From the human T2T-CHM13v2.0 reference genome, Homo sapiens: a stretch of 64,000 nucleotides of DNA. Below are positions 25,996 through 40,787 of this stretch, piece after piece. The notes under the pieces are model-generated. The model saw nothing but the letters and a program-made list of their open reading frames with translations, made no database searches and was not told where the DNA came from. The DNA is taken from assembly GCF_009914755.1 (NCBI RefSeq), contig NC_060942.1, one strand, 5' to 3'. Each line of letters opens with the position of its first letter. The first letter of the stretch is position 1. Both the position numbers and the translations under genes were made by a program.

Positions 25996-26875
25996 CTGAA
26001 CTCCTTATTTCACAAGGCTCAAGGTTTCTGCATCCCAGCAAACATCCAGTTGCCCGGGAGATGTTGATTTCTCCTAGTGGCAAGTACCTCCCTCTCTATG
26101 TGTGTTTTCTTTCTCTTAAATCCAGCTCCCCCGCCTATGGTATAAGGTATGGGGAATTTATCCCCCTCTCCTTCATGTGGAGAGAAGCAGCATCCCTTTC
26201 CCCTTTTCCTCCCAAGAAACCCCCATTCTCTAACCTCCAGGGGAAAATCCTCAGCATCCTCTCCAGTATCTTGGATGTGAGCCTTGAGGTCAGGGTCATC
26301 AGACCAGGCCCATGGTGTCTTGGCCTATCTTGAGTGGATGCCCTGGTAGCCCTCTTTACAGCATGATGCATGCTTATTATCTGCTAATATCTGCCTTGGA
26401 CCAGCAGACAAACTCAGAAATGAGACAAGTCCCATTTAACATTATTACATCTATATTTTATTATAGGATGAAGTTGGAATTGGAGTTTTCTGGGGTAGAT
26501 CTGGGGAGGACTTAGTCTACAAGCAAGTCAGGAATGGGATAGGGTTTAAATAGTCTCTGAGAAGGTGGGGAGCCTGTAATGTACCCTGAAACCTGTTTGC
26601 TTAGCTATACCAAGCCAAGTGGGATAGCTCCCTTTGAAGATTTTTATTTCCACATTATGTAGACAGCTCCAGGGGAAAGGGCCCCAGGAGAGAGGACAGG
26701 CAAGAACACCATTGGCCGTGGCTTGGGCCGATGAGAACAACAGCTACACCTTAGCTCCAGGGACAGGCTTCCTCAAAGAAATTACAACCATTTTGGCCCT
26801 TTTATGCAGGTGGCTGCAGAGGTCGATGCCTTGGAAATAAGTTCCCCAGCAGCAGGGTAGAAAAGACACAGTGAG

Positions 26876-27076
26876 ATACATCATACTTAAGATTCAACTG
26901 GGAGCTTACCAGGAATGCTCTATAATGTAATCGAGGGAAGGTTGAATGAAACAAAGTGATTTATCATCTATAACTTCAAACCTATTGGTGTTTTGACATC
27001 AACTCTGTTAACATTATGTTATCATTTCATAGAGTCTTTGATATACAAATAAAATTTTATTTGTATTTAAAATAAA
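26876..27076 (+). pseudogene. Candidate 5'-truncated retrocopy of a transcript 3' end (parent not identified)
   Basis: 17-bp TSD at 15/17 identity (26859-26875, 27077-27093), AATAAA at 27048-27053 and an A-rich tail about 16 nt later. Confidence 0.65.
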
Positions 27077-27254
27077 AGAAAAGGTACAGTGAGGAAGTAA
27101 CAGCAATTGCCAAAGACATGTGCCTATTGCTCAGTAGGAGATCATAGCTGTATAACTTACAGTTGTCACGTAAGCTTTTGGCCAAATAAAGCAAGGAAAA
27201 CATAGGTTCTCAAATATCCTAAGGGCTACATCAGAGAATCATAAAAAATACCAA

Positions 27255-28030
27255 TTATTAATAATAATAGTTGATATTTATTGAGGTTTTACTCTGTGCT
27301 TGGCTTGTGTTAAGTGTTTTATAGTTATTTGTCATTTGTTCTGCAACAGCAACCAACAGGGTAGGTGATACAATCAACCATATTTTAAAGTTTAGACAAT
27401 GCAGGCTCAGAGAGATTAAGCAATTTACCTGAGGACACACAGTAAGTCAAAGAACCAGAATCTAAACTCAAGTTTCGTTTCAGTGACTATTGCTGCAATT
27501 CAAACTACCCCAAACCTTAGTGGTTTAAGAGAGCAGCAGTCATTTCATTATCTCTCTCTTTTTTTTTTTTTGTGAAGGGCTTGATTGGTTGTTCTGGCTA
27601 GGGATATTTTATATATAAAATATGTACATATGAAATATATATGAAATATATATAATATATATAAAATATATATAATATATAAAATAATATATATAAAATA
27701 AATATGTATTTCACATATGAAATATATGTATGAAATATATATTTCATACATATATTTCACATATACATTTCATATATATTTCATATATATTTCATATATA
27801 TATGAAATCATGAAGCAGCTCCAATTATACAACATTCTATGGGTTATAAATAAATCCCAAACCTGCTCAGATTGAAGGGGATGTTAATTAGACTCTAACT
27901 CTTAAGGGCAAGTGGCAGAATTCTAGAAAACTGTGTAGGATAGGAAATTTTGTTGTGAATGTCTTTGAAAAATACATCTACTACAGATCTTTTGAGTCCA
28001 AAGCCTAGGTACATAACCGCCAGGCTGTAT
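27255..28030 (-). mobile_element. MIR split by an MLT1-type LTR (about 27478-27984), itself containing an AT-rich (TA)n block at about 27603-27805
   Basis: MIR core ggctcagagagattaagcaatttacctgagg resumes at gagtccaaagcc after about 27985. MLT1-like ctattgctgc...aaactaccccaaaccttagtggtttaa. Confidence 0.65.
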
Positions 28031-28566
28031 CATTTTCCTGAAGGGGCATCAGGAGCCACACACTGATTTTTCTAGCTTTGATGTATCATAGTATTTTTTA
28101 ATGAAGTTAAAGTAATTGGTTAACTGTATATCCAAAAGTTGTTCTTTCTTAGCCCTTTAAAATATTTTATGTAATATTTACAAGTCAGAATTCTTTGCAA
28201 ATTCATGTTTCTTACTGTTGAGTTTAAACGATATAGTCAAGGTAAGTATAGGAATTTAGATGAAAAAGAAGTTTTTGTCAGGAAAGGCTTTGTAGAGGGG
28301 TTAGGACTTTAGCTAGTTTTGATGCATGAGGAGGATTAGGAGGTCAAACATAGCAGGACATCATTAGGACAGGGGATGATGGTGTTGAGGGCATCAGACC
28401 CCAAATGGAGGATCTTAGGGAAGGAGAAAAAGGGCTCAGAGAGATATGGGCTTATCATACTTATGGCCATGACAATTCTTTGAGATCATTTGGTCTAAGC
28501 ATCTTTGTTTAGACATAAATCATCTAAAACCCAACAAATTTGAAAGATTTGTCCAAGATCACATAG

Positions 28567-29125
<559 letters not shown>

Positions 29126-29724
29126 CAGAGTTCTTATTTCTTTACACTCGATAGACAGAGACCAGATTGTGTACTCATTTGAATCCCACATCGATAAATT
29201 TGAATGTTATTTGAAAGCTGTAGAGAACACTTGATATTTCTGATTAAGAAAATGAACATATTTAATTCATACATGCTAACTGGCAGGTCAAAACCCGTGG
29301 AAAGATTTTGTACAGATTCTAGTGAACTATGGATGGCAGTTTACCATCCAAACACTAGATAGCAGACTCAGTTGTAGGAGGGGGAGGAGGATGTGATAGG
29401 CATATGGTATTTAATTTCTAAATCTTATCTTGGATTCTCCTGGTAAAATAGTTTGTGGGGTATTTCACTTAGGCATTATAAATATCTATCATTACAAATT
29501 TCTACTGATTAAATTTTCTTTCAGTATGAATGTAAGAGCTCCATTTTTCCCCTTTATATATTCATTGTTTGCCAAATCTATAAAAGGAGTATACATTACA
29601 GAGTAGGAAATTTGGCCATCTCATTCATGACCGCATCTAGAACAGTATCTGGCCTACAGTAGGGGCCCGAGATATTTGAAATTTTATTCGCTTTATTTTT
29701 TCATGTTCTGAGCACATCATTTTT

Positions 29725-30350
29725 AAAAGCCTATTTTAATTTGAAGAGTCTTTGTCGTACAAAAAAGCAAGCATGGTATGAAGTGTGGCCTTATATCTTT
29801 CAGCCCATTAACCAAAACATTAACATCTTACATAACCATAGTACAAATATCTAGAGTAAAAAATACTATTGGTACAACTGTATTAACTTAACTATACACC
29901 TTATTTGAATCGTACCCATTTGTGCCCCCTACCCACCAACTAATGCCGCCTTTGTGGTTCTGGGATCTTACCCAGAATTTCCCGTTACATTTAGTTACTA
30001 TTTCTTCTGAGTCTCCTCCATTTTCTAACAGTTCCTTGGTCTTTGTGTTTTGTCGCCTTGACAAGTCTGAAGAGTACTGATTAGGCACTTTATAGATTGT
30101 CCATTAGTATTGACTTATCCAATTATAAATGAGGGTATGCATTTTTGGTAAAAACTCAGGACATAATATTGTGTCCTCAGTGCACCGCATCAAGGTATTT
30201 ACAATGTTGGTGTGTCTCATGGTGGGTGATGTTTAACTCGATCACTTGGTCAGTTTGATGATTGCTGATTTCTCCAGTGCCAAGTTACTTCCCCCCAACT
30301 TTGTAGTTAATAAATACCTTTGAGGAGATTCTCTGAGACAATGCTAATTC
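29725..30350 (-). mobile_element. Old L1MC-type 3' end
   Basis: ttaacatcttacataaccatagtaca, ttgaagagtactg-like and gatcacttggt motifs. Confidence 0.7.
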
Positions 30351-31241
30351 TGCTTTTCCTCTTGCCCTCAAACTTCAGGTTCTATTTTTGCTCTATAATT
30401 ATGCTGTGTTATCTATTTGGCCAAATTGCTATTCTGCTGGCTTCATTTTTCATTCTTAGATGATCAAGAATGTACATCTACTCTACATCTACTATCTGTT
30501 GACCAGTTTTAGATATAATATTTTTTACTGATGGCTAATTATTTTCCCAGACCAAAGCTTTCTTCACCTCAGTTTTAATATTTCTAAAGTGAGAAGCTAT
30601 GCTCTGAAAATACTGGGAGAAAATGCCAACAATAATTAATGGAATAGGTTCTACACTCTTAATTTCATTGAAAATATAAAGAGGCCTATTTACAAAAATT
30701 TATACAGTGATATAAACATGTAAAAATACAGAAAACCTCAAAGAAATAGCTTATTAATAATTCTTCCCTCAACTCTAAACTTTGTTAAAATTATGCAAAT
30801 ATTCTCCCAGAATTTTCCTATGTGTATATTCACATATATCTAAATTTGTATTTTAGAAAGGATCATATTATATATACCATGTTAAGTTTCTTTTTGTATT
30901 TAACATATTCTGAGCATATCTCTCTCAATAAGCATTCTCTATAAAATAATTATTAAGCGCTGTACTGTATTCATTTACAGGATACAGCAGGATTTATATA
31001 AATAATTCCTTATTAATGTATATTTATTATTTGCTTAATTTTTAAAATTGAAATGCAGGAGACAAAATTTAGGAATAATATTTGAGGGTTACTTACTTCC
31101 TTGATTCTTCATATCCACCTTCTAGGCTTTCAATGTACACTGTCTTCATGAAGAAAGTGTATAGGATGTGGAACAGAGACACTACTGAGGTTTCTTAATC
31201 AATTTTCTAGACTCACAGTCATGTCAATAGTCTTGGAAGTC

Positions 31242-32176
31242 TTGACAAAGGTCTAATATCTAGACTCTACAGGGAACTTAAACAGATTTCCAAAACAGTA
31301 ACAAACAACCCCATTATAAAGTGGGCAAAGGATACGAACAGACACTTCTCAAAACAAGACATTTTTGTATGCAGCCAACAAACATGAAAAAAAAGCTCAT
31401 CATCACTGGTCATTAGAGAAATGCAAATCAAAATCACAATGAGATACCATCTCACGCCAGTTAGAATGGTGATCATTAAAAAGTCAGGAAACAACTGATG
31501 CTGGAGAGGATGTGGAGAAATAGGAATGCTTTTACATTATTGGTGGGAGTATAAATTAGTTCAACCATTGTGGAAGACAGTGTAGTGATTCTTCAAGGAT
31601 CTAGAACTAGAAATACCATTTGACCCAGAAATCCCATTACTGAGTATATACCCAAAGGATTATAAATCATTCTATTATAAAGACACATGCACACGTATGT
31701 TTATTGAAGCACTATTTACAATAGCAAAGACTTGAAACCAACCCAAATGCCCACCAATAATAGACTGGATAAAGAAAATGTGGCACATATACACTGTGGA
31801 ATACTATGCAGCCATAAAAAAGAATGAGTTCATGTCCTTTGCAGGGACGTGGATGAAGCTGGAAACCATCATTCTCAGCAAACTAACACAGGAACAGAAA
31901 AGCAAACACCGCCATGTTCTCACTCACAAGTGGGAGTTGAACAATAAGAACACATGGGCACAGGGAGGGGAACACCACACACTGGGGCCTGTTTGGGGGG
32001 TGGGGAGCAAGGGGAGGGATAACTTTGGAAGAGATACCTAATGCATGTGGGGCTTAAAACCTAGATGACGGATTGAGGGGTGCAGCAAACCACCATGGCA
32101 CATGTATACCTATGTAACAAACCTACACATTCTGCATATGTATCTCAGAACTTAAAGTATAATTTTTAAAAAAAGA
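31242..32176 (+). mobile_element. 5'-truncated L1PA7/L1PA8-like
   Basis: End of ORF2 (MWHIYTVEYYAAIKK) and 3'UTR cctaatgcatgtggggcttaaaacctagatgac; A-rich tail. Confidence 0.88.
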
Positions 32177-32374
32177 AAGTCAACATTTTGCTTGCACATA
32201 CTGAATTTTAAGGAGACTAGTTCTTCCCATTTCTGAAATTTGACACTCAGTATACAGGTGCAAACCATGAAAGAAGCAGAATATGCAGCTAATTTGGTAC
32301 GCATTTCTATTGAGAACTGAAACAACTGGATTATAACATAGACCTAAGGTTGGCTCTAGAAAATACTTCTCAAG

Positions 32375-32733
32375 AGTAGTCCAAAGTAGTTGCTGTAATT
32401 TATACTTCTATCAGCAATATATGAGAGTTCCAGTTCCTCTACATCCTCAGCAACACTTGTATTACCAGTCTTACTAAAAATACTCACTTTAATGGGTGTG
32501 CAGTGGTACCTTACTGTGGTCTTAATTTGCATTTTTCTGGTGACTAATGATGTTGAGAATTTTTTCATAAACTTTTGGACATTTGGATTTTCTCATTTGT
32601 GAAGTTTCTGTTCAAATTGTTTGTGAAGTTCCTGCTTGACATTTTCTACTGGGCTATCTTTTCTTTTATTATTGATTTGTGGAATTACTTGATACATTCT
32701 GGGTAATAGATCTTTCTCAGAAATATTTATTGC

Positions 32734-32767
<34 letters not shown>

Positions 32768-33700
32768 TAGGAAGGGTCACGGAGCTTCCATGTCCTCCCT
32801 GGGCATGCCAACCTCCTGGAACCTCCACCATCTAGAAGCTATCTGGGAGCTCTACAAATATTTTCTACCACTCTGTGGTATGTCTTTTTCTTTTCTTAAA
32901 GGAGATTTTTTTGATGACTGGAGGTTCTTAATTTTAATGAAGTCAGTTTATTAATATTTTTCTTTATAGTTAATGCTTTTTGTGATCCATTAACATTTTT
33001 GTCTAAACCAAGTTGATGAAGATATTCCCCTTTGTTATCTTCTAGAAGTCTTTTTGTTTAATCATTTTACTTTAGATCTGTAAGCCATCTGAAATTTATT
33101 TTTGTGACCCCTGTAAAATATGGATTAAACTTCATTTTTTGAAAAAGGTATGGATATCCAGTAGATCCAGACCATTTACTGGAAAGACTCTCTGTCCCTC
33201 TTCCTTTACTTAATGGTGACTTTGTTTGAAAGCAACATGAAATTGGCTGGTCTGTTTTTGGCCACCCTCTTCTATTCTGCTGCTCTGTTTGCCTATCTTT
33301 GCACCAATATCATAGTCTTAATTACTGTAGCCTTATAGTTGGCATCTGCTAATGTAAGGCTCCAATTTCATTTTTAAACTTCAAGATTGTCTTCATTATT
33401 CTTGGCCTTCTTTCTTTTGATAAAAATTTTAGAATCAACCTGGCAATTTACAACACATATACACAAAAAAACCTGCTAAATTTTGATTGGAATAGCAAAA
33501 AAGAAAAAAAAAAGATGGAAAATTTGGGAAAATTGACATGTTTATAATATTGAGTGTTCCATTCCATAAACATGATATATCTATCCTGCTGTTTAAGTGT
33601 TCCTTCATTTCTTCTTGTTAATTATATTCTTCAATTTTTTTTCTGGTCTCTCACATACTTTGATTTTTTTTTTTGATCACTTTATAAATGTCATAAGTAA
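32375..33700 (-). mobile_element. Old L1M ORF2 fragment with a small internal insertion
   Basis: Antisense ORF2 motifs (acatcctcagcaacacttg, ttaatttgcatttttctggtgactaatgatgttgag). Confidence 0.8.
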
Positions 33701-35114
33701 TTAAACTTTATTAATTCACTGTTGCAAATGTCGGGACAGAAGAAGAGATTCAGGGTCATGGGCAAGCCTAGTAGGGAGAATTTGTTTCTGTGCAGTCACT
33801 TCTCTGTTTTGATTGTTTTTGTTTTATTTTCCTTTTTTTCTTGTGGTGTTGGTTGTTTTCCAAACCCTTGATCTAGGTGCAGAGTCCTCTGTAGCTAGTC
33901 ATCCAGTTCACTTTTGGCTGTAACAACCCTGCTTTATTCACTAATTTATAATAAGCCACATTGGGAATTCATTCTTCCAAAACTTTGTCAATGATGAATT
34001 TCTTTGCACATCTGGTTTTCAAGGCCACTTTTGTCAGTCAACTACTCACTATAAAGACATGTCTTGTCATCTCAGGAAATCCCTCTTCAGGGGCTTTTTG
34101 CCTTTATATCTATCTGAATTTCTAGGATCCCTTGTCACTCTGCCTTCAAATCCCATCACTTTATAAGCAAAAGAGATTCCATATGAAGCTATTCTCGGTC
34201 GGTCTTGCTGCCTGCACCATCCCACACGCCCATCCTTCTGTTTTCATGTTCAGGTGTGGAGGGCAGGGCTTCCATCGCCTGCTCCCTCAAGGTCATTGCT
34301 TACTGTAACGGTGATTTGCAAGTGAACTCTGGTTATCTTTCCATGAAATTTCTGGTACTGACATTATTCCCTTATCAACAGTGATGGAAGTTTCCCTTAT
34401 TACAAATTTTATGTCATTTCTAATAACATTATATCAGGAATAGGATGAGGTGGGTGAGAATTACATTTGTGTTTCCAAAACTCATCTTCCCCCCACAATT
34501 TGAAATGGTTTTACTAGTGAATATATGAGAGTATAGTGATTCATATTTATGTCTCCATACTCACGAAGCCATGACCATATTCAATATCAAAGTTAAAATG
34601 GCAATATTTTAATAAGATAGATAAAATTTGTATTTTCCATACAGATGATGGAGGAGTGCAAAAAATGAAAGGTCTTTTTCTGAAAGGTAATGCAGGAACT
34701 GTTAAGGTGTTTACAACGGATATTTATCATCATGACCAACCCAAAATAGTACCTAAAATGCAATTAATTAAGCACCTACTTATCAAGTGCTTACCAGGTT
34801 TCTTGTAGTATGTTCAACACAATGTAGATTTTAAAACAGCATGGCTTGGTTTTTGTGTTTAGGAAAGGATTTTGTACTAAATGACTTATAAGTGACGTAA
34901 GTAGTGACTTATGAGTGACAATCTAAAATTATACAGCAGTGGAAATATTTAGTAAAATCATATGATAAAAGAATATTATTAAGAAATAAAGAACTCAATA
35001 TAGGCTCATAATAATATGGAAGATGATGGAAATGGTGGAAGTTTGGGTGGCCTTGAGTAATAGGCAATATATGGATAGGTGGAGTACTCATACATCCTGG
35101 ATTTTCCTGTCTCA

Positions 35115-35345
35115 ACTTATTATTATAATAATAGCTACACTTATCAAGTGGTTACTGTGTACTAAGTACTTTACATGTTACCTATAATACTCTTAACCAT
35201 GACGTTATGAAAAATTTCCCCATTTTTCAAACAAGTGAAGCAAGATACAGACAGGTTGAAGAGCCTCTCAAAGGTCACATGGGTCCAAGATGGGGAGCTG
35301 GAATTGGAACCCAGGTTTGCGTGGCTCTAAGCCTTAGCTGTGACA
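35115..35345 (-). mobile_element. MIR
   Basis: ataatagctacactt...caaaggtcaca...ggagctggaattggaacccagg. Confidence 0.7.
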
Positions 35346-36089
35346 CCCCACCTCATGTATTTTGCATCCAAGGGCATACTTTCTGGAAGGTATATCTTGA
35401 GTCTGTCTCAGAATATCTGGTCTCTGCTGTGTATGTGGGCTGTCAGTGCTTCTCCAGAGCTGTATATTGCCACTTGATATTGGTAAAAACCATCTGTATG
35501 TTGCAAACTTATCATGAGATCTGTGACTTGAGTCACCTCCTCTTTTGGGGAGACCATTTGAACCCTAGTCAATGACTGCCATGGAAATAGATAAAACCCA
35601 GGCATCTAACCTTGGTCCTCGGTGGAGGATTGGATTGTCCAAAGTCTGTTCTCCTGGCTCTGGCTCCCTCCTGGGTCCTTCCCTGGTTCTAACCTGCTGG
35701 CCCTGATTCCTGACTCTAAGGCTACAACCTGCCATATGTCCAGGCACACACAGTTGGAAAGGGAATGTGAAAGGACAATCTTTAGAATGTTTACTTCTCT
35801 GGTTTGTTGGTCAATGGAAGGATGAGCAACACGACACCATGGGGCACTCCTCTGTGCTTCCTGCAGAGTCGGGAGATGACAAGTGCCTTTCTGAGCTGGA
35901 CAGGAAAGCCCCTGTGGAGTCCCTTCCTGATGTTCCCTCCATGATTTTCCTCTTTGTGCAGTCTGGGATGAAGGAGGGACTTTTCATTCAGTGCTGTCAC
36001 CAGTGCTGCTGCTGTCATCAACCTCTCCCTTGGGAGTTGAGCCAAAGGGAAGTCTTGGGAATTTTCCCTGAACCTTGGTATAGGTGTGC

Positions 36090-36173
36090 TGGGAGGAGTG
36101 AGAAGTCTTAGGAGGTAGGAGGCAGGAGGAACTGAAGCCCAGCTGTGAAGGCCGCAGACTGCAGTGAGAGGAG
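36090..36173 (+). other. SERPINB7: Probable distal non-coding first exon of SERPINB7 (5' end approximate)
   Basis: Unique purine-rich segment ending in a consensus GAG|GTGAGT donor (36173/36174). Agrees with my recollection of an upstream SERPINB7 first exon about 22 kb before the main one; not provable from this window. Confidence 0.55.
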
Positions 36174-37931
36174 GTGAGTGCTTATGCTGGGTTATTCTAG
36201 GCTTCTGAGTATGCTTAGATTCCCTAAGATGGATGGACAGCCCCTAGTGCCTGAGGTGCTGCATGCCCTGAGCATTTACCTGCTGTCAAAGTAACAGCTT
36301 TACCTCTGGCATCTGGGATTCTGGCAGACACATACCCCTTTCCAGGGTAACCACAGCCAATCTCTGTTCTCCACATGGTTGTTGTAGACTAATCTTGGGG
36401 ATTAGAATGACAATTGACGGCCGCATCTATAACATTGGCCAACATATTTAATAGAGAAAATTCAGCTTTATTCCTTACCTTATGAAAAAAAAATGCCTAC
36501 TGACGGCTGAATAGACCCCTAAGCTTATACAAGATAGCTCATACACCAACTATATCTACTACCTGTGTCTGGGCTTTCTATCTCTGGTGTCACAGACCTA
36601 CTGATTAAATATATGTGAGTGAATGAATTGATATTTACAAGCTAGTTTTACTTTTTTGTTAAGCAAATGATCCAGAACCCAGGTGACAAGTTACATGCCA
36701 ACTCCCAGGTCGATCACAATACAACCATGATGATAATTCCCTAAAAGGTCTTCTATGTGTTGGACATTCCTTGTTGATTATAATCAATGATATTTGGCAA
36801 CTTTAGCAACAATTTTGAGAGGTTTGAGGTTTCAAAAAAATTTTTTAGTAATATGAGGCACTTTTGAGTACTTGATAGAATGATTCAGAATCAGAGGTTC
36901 TCCAACAAATCCCAAACTATGTATAGCTGAGCTTTAGAATAACTCCATCTTATAACTGTCTTCTACAATGACTTACAACCTTGACATCTCTGCTAATATT
37001 TTTGCCCTCAATATAAACAAACTAGAGTGTGGGCTGCTCATGGGAAGGGAAAAGATTCTAAAACCTGTGGCTGATGGAACAGAAATGGTAACAGCAGAAC
37101 ATCTTGTATTTAATCATAGTTGTATCTGGAAGATTTTCATCCAAAGTCTTTGGCAGGGTTTTTAATGCTAATATATAAGCATAGTAGTTTACTTATGTTA
37201 ATAAATAAAATCGCATTGATTTCTTGACAGAGTTTAAATAAATCTATTCTGGAAGATTTTTTAAAGAGTTATGAAGTCTACCATTTGTCTGAAATGTGGT
37301 TTAGAGATTGATAGAGGATAGAATTAGGAAGAAATAAATTTCACGCCAAGGGAATATGTGGTTTCATTTATGTTGAATGAATGAAGGCTGGGTTCGGGTT
37401 TGTTACAAAATGAAAACAGATTGTCTTCTTCATTCTTGGAGAACTAATCAGATTATGTTTTCCTGTCTGAACTTGGTCTCGTTGCCATAGGTAATGCTGA
37501 GGAGAACACCGGTAAAGAGATAATCATAAGAGGCATTTAGTAGGTACGAGCCCTGTCGTCTAAGGGTGGTCCCTAGAGGAGCAAAGACGCTGGTCAGAGG
37601 TAACACTAGTCATTAGGGTGGTCCCGAGAGAGACTCAGGTTAGGAGGGTGGGCAGGACACGCAGGTATCAGTCCCTCCCTTGGAGCCCCACCCTCCACCC
37701 AGCAGACCTTGCTAGTCTCTCTCCTTCCCTCTGCCAGATGGAGTTTCAGCATCATTTCCACTCCGAAGCTTTCTCAAGCACTTCTTCAAGCACTTTAGAA
37801 ATACTTCCACCATCACTGTTTTCACACTGTAGTCTGATTTTCAAATTTATTTCTAGATCACGGACTTTGAAGGGACAGGCAGGGAAAATGTCCTAACAAT
37901 TTTCTAGTGCCCAGCATTGTTTAAACTGAGG

Positions 37932-38256
<325 letters not shown>

Positions 38257-38663
38257 TAAACTGAGGTCTTAAGTTGAGGTGGTGTTTCAGGCTATAGTTA
38301 GAGGCCTTTACTTTCTTTTTCTTCTATTTCTTCTGAAATGGATGAAAAATACATTTTTCATGGATTCTTTTCATTTCGTGTCCTCCTTGTTTTCAGTTTT
38401 TCTTTATGAGAAGTCAAGAGCAATTTTTGGATTGCAGGAGGCATGAATAGGGACAAAAATTAAAGACAAACATGAAACTGAGCTTAGTTTCTTTCTACTG
38501 GCCTTCTTTTTTCATAACTAGCTTGTTTCAGTAGCAGACATTGAAGTTTGAGGTTTAGCTGAGCAAAATTCGCTTGAAAAAGTATCATTTTAAAAGGTGA
38601 ATTAGTGAGGCAAGCTATGCTTAACAGATCTGCAATTTGAAGAATATTTTAAGTCCCTATTTA

Positions 38664-38957
<294 letters not shown>

Positions 38958-39854
38958 CTTCTATTCAACTGTTGACATTAAATGAATCATTTTGTGAATA
39001 AAAAGTATAAAGTTCTTATATAAGGTCATTAAAGTGAGTCAAGAACGGTGGAAACAAATAGTAACAATGTTCATTGATATATAAATATATATATACATCA
39101 CTTACAGCATAATACAATATAATATAAATATTATATATAGGGTTTACACACACACACACACACACACACTCATATATGTAATATATTTAGTGTTTACACA
39201 TGAACTTTTGAGGTTTAAAAGTAGGTGCTTTTCCTCAATGTGCACAGGTATTAACTAACAAGAACATGCCTTAGCAGACACAAAGCCAAGGCCAGAAATG
39301 TTTCTTCCACATGTTTTTACCTGTTTCAATGTGAAATTGTAAACTCTACCATGTACCAGATACCAGAAAATCATTAGACTGTGTGGGTGTGTAAAATGTT
39401 TGGGCAAACTGGAATGGATTTTCCTGGATATCACAGAGTAACTTGTCTTTCTGTCCATGGAACACGGAATACCAGTTTGTGAGTGGTTTAGTTCCAGACT
39501 CATGTGCAGGACTCAGCAGAGGGATCAAATGAGGACACAGCAATGCATCAATAAGCCCAAACCAGTCTCTTATTAAAGGTTTTTTAAAGCCACACAGCCA
39601 TTCACTCTTATCCAACAGAGTGGGCCCAGGTCTCCACTCCATCCTGGTAGAGATCAGGGTGGAGGATAGGTAGAGGTTCCCACCTTCATGCTCGGCATTA
39701 TTTGAGGAGCTTGAGAAGAAGATTCTGTGAGATTAGAGGGCATTAATAAGCATCTGGATCATCTAGGGTGGGAAGGCCTGGCACTTTATTTTCCTCCCAT
39801 ATTTCTATTGTGTATTTTGGGTTTTGCCAGTTGTTTCCAGGGTCTTGGGGTAGC

Positions 39855-39855
<1 letters not shown>

Positions 39856-39900
<45 letters not shown>
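39856..39900. repeat. (GT)n microsatellite
   Basis: Direct reading. Confidence 0.95.
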
Positions 39901-39901
<1 letters not shown>

Positions 39902-40060
39902 CTGTGAGTAGAAATAAAGAAACTTATAAAGACTCTAATTTCTTTGTAGTTGGCAATAAAGTGAATTAAAAGCCTTCTTTCACTCAAATTCTATACCTTT
40001 TCCTATTTCAATCGCTATCACCATTTTTGAAAGTTTCCATTCCATGTTAAGAGTTAGTAG

Positions 40061-40221
40061 TACATGAATGTCTTCTTTTGAGAAGTATCTGTTCATGTGC
40101 TTAGCCCACTGTTTAATAGAGTTGTTTGTTTTTTTTCTTGTAAATTTGTTAAAGTCCCTTGTGGTTTCTGGATATGAGACCTTTGTAAGATGGATAGATT
40201 GCAAAAATTTTCTCTCACTCT
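40061..40221 (-). mobile_element. Short internal L1PA ORF2 fragment
   Basis: atgtcttcttttgagaagtatctgttcatg...gatggatagattgcaaaaattttctc. Confidence 0.8.
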
Positions 40222-40564
40222 GAGTTTCACATTCTTTGTCTAGGAAATTCAATCAGCCACAAAATGAAAATTTAGCTCAGGTTTTCTGATTCTTATAAAG
40301 CCAAAAAATGGTGTGTAAATCCTCTCTCATCCATTATAACATGTATAGCCCTGGGAAAGCAATTGAATAACTTGAAATCTCAATCCTCAGCTGCAAAATG
40401 GGAATCAAAAACTAAGTAGTATTAATAATATCAAAGCTTGTGAAAATCAAGAGAGATGCTAATTTGCTATTATCTGTTGCTGGATTTAGCTGGTGCAATA
40501 AAGTTGTAAGGTCAGTTACAGATCTGTCAAGATTTAACTGTGTTGTTTGCCAAAGACTTTAGGG

Positions 40565-40787
40565 TAGGGGTTGGCAAACTCTGGTCATTGGTCCAAAACT
40601 GGCTGGACACCTGATTTTATAAATAAAATTTTATTGAAACACAGCCATGTCTATTTGCTTACATATTTCCTATGTCTGCTTTAGTGTCACTGCTGAAAAA
40701 TTGAGTTGTGCTGGATGAATGCATGGCCCACAAAGCCAGACATATTTACTATTTGGCTTCTTGCAGAAAAAGTTGACCAATCTCTGC
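40565..40787 (+). mobile_element. MER58A (hAT-Charlie)
   Basis: aggggttggcaaact...aaataaaattttattgaaacacagcca...tttactatttggc...gaaaaagttgaccaatctctg. Confidence 0.85.

Noticed and set aside
27603-27805. AT-rich block with imperfect inverted symmetry (tgaaatatat / atatatttca)
   Set aside because: Such symmetry is expected in (TA)n-derived low-complexity DNA; no evidence for a distinct element.
32596-32640. Short tandem duplication tttgtgaagtt(t/c)ctg inside L1
   Set aside because: An ordinary slippage duplication in a dead repeat.
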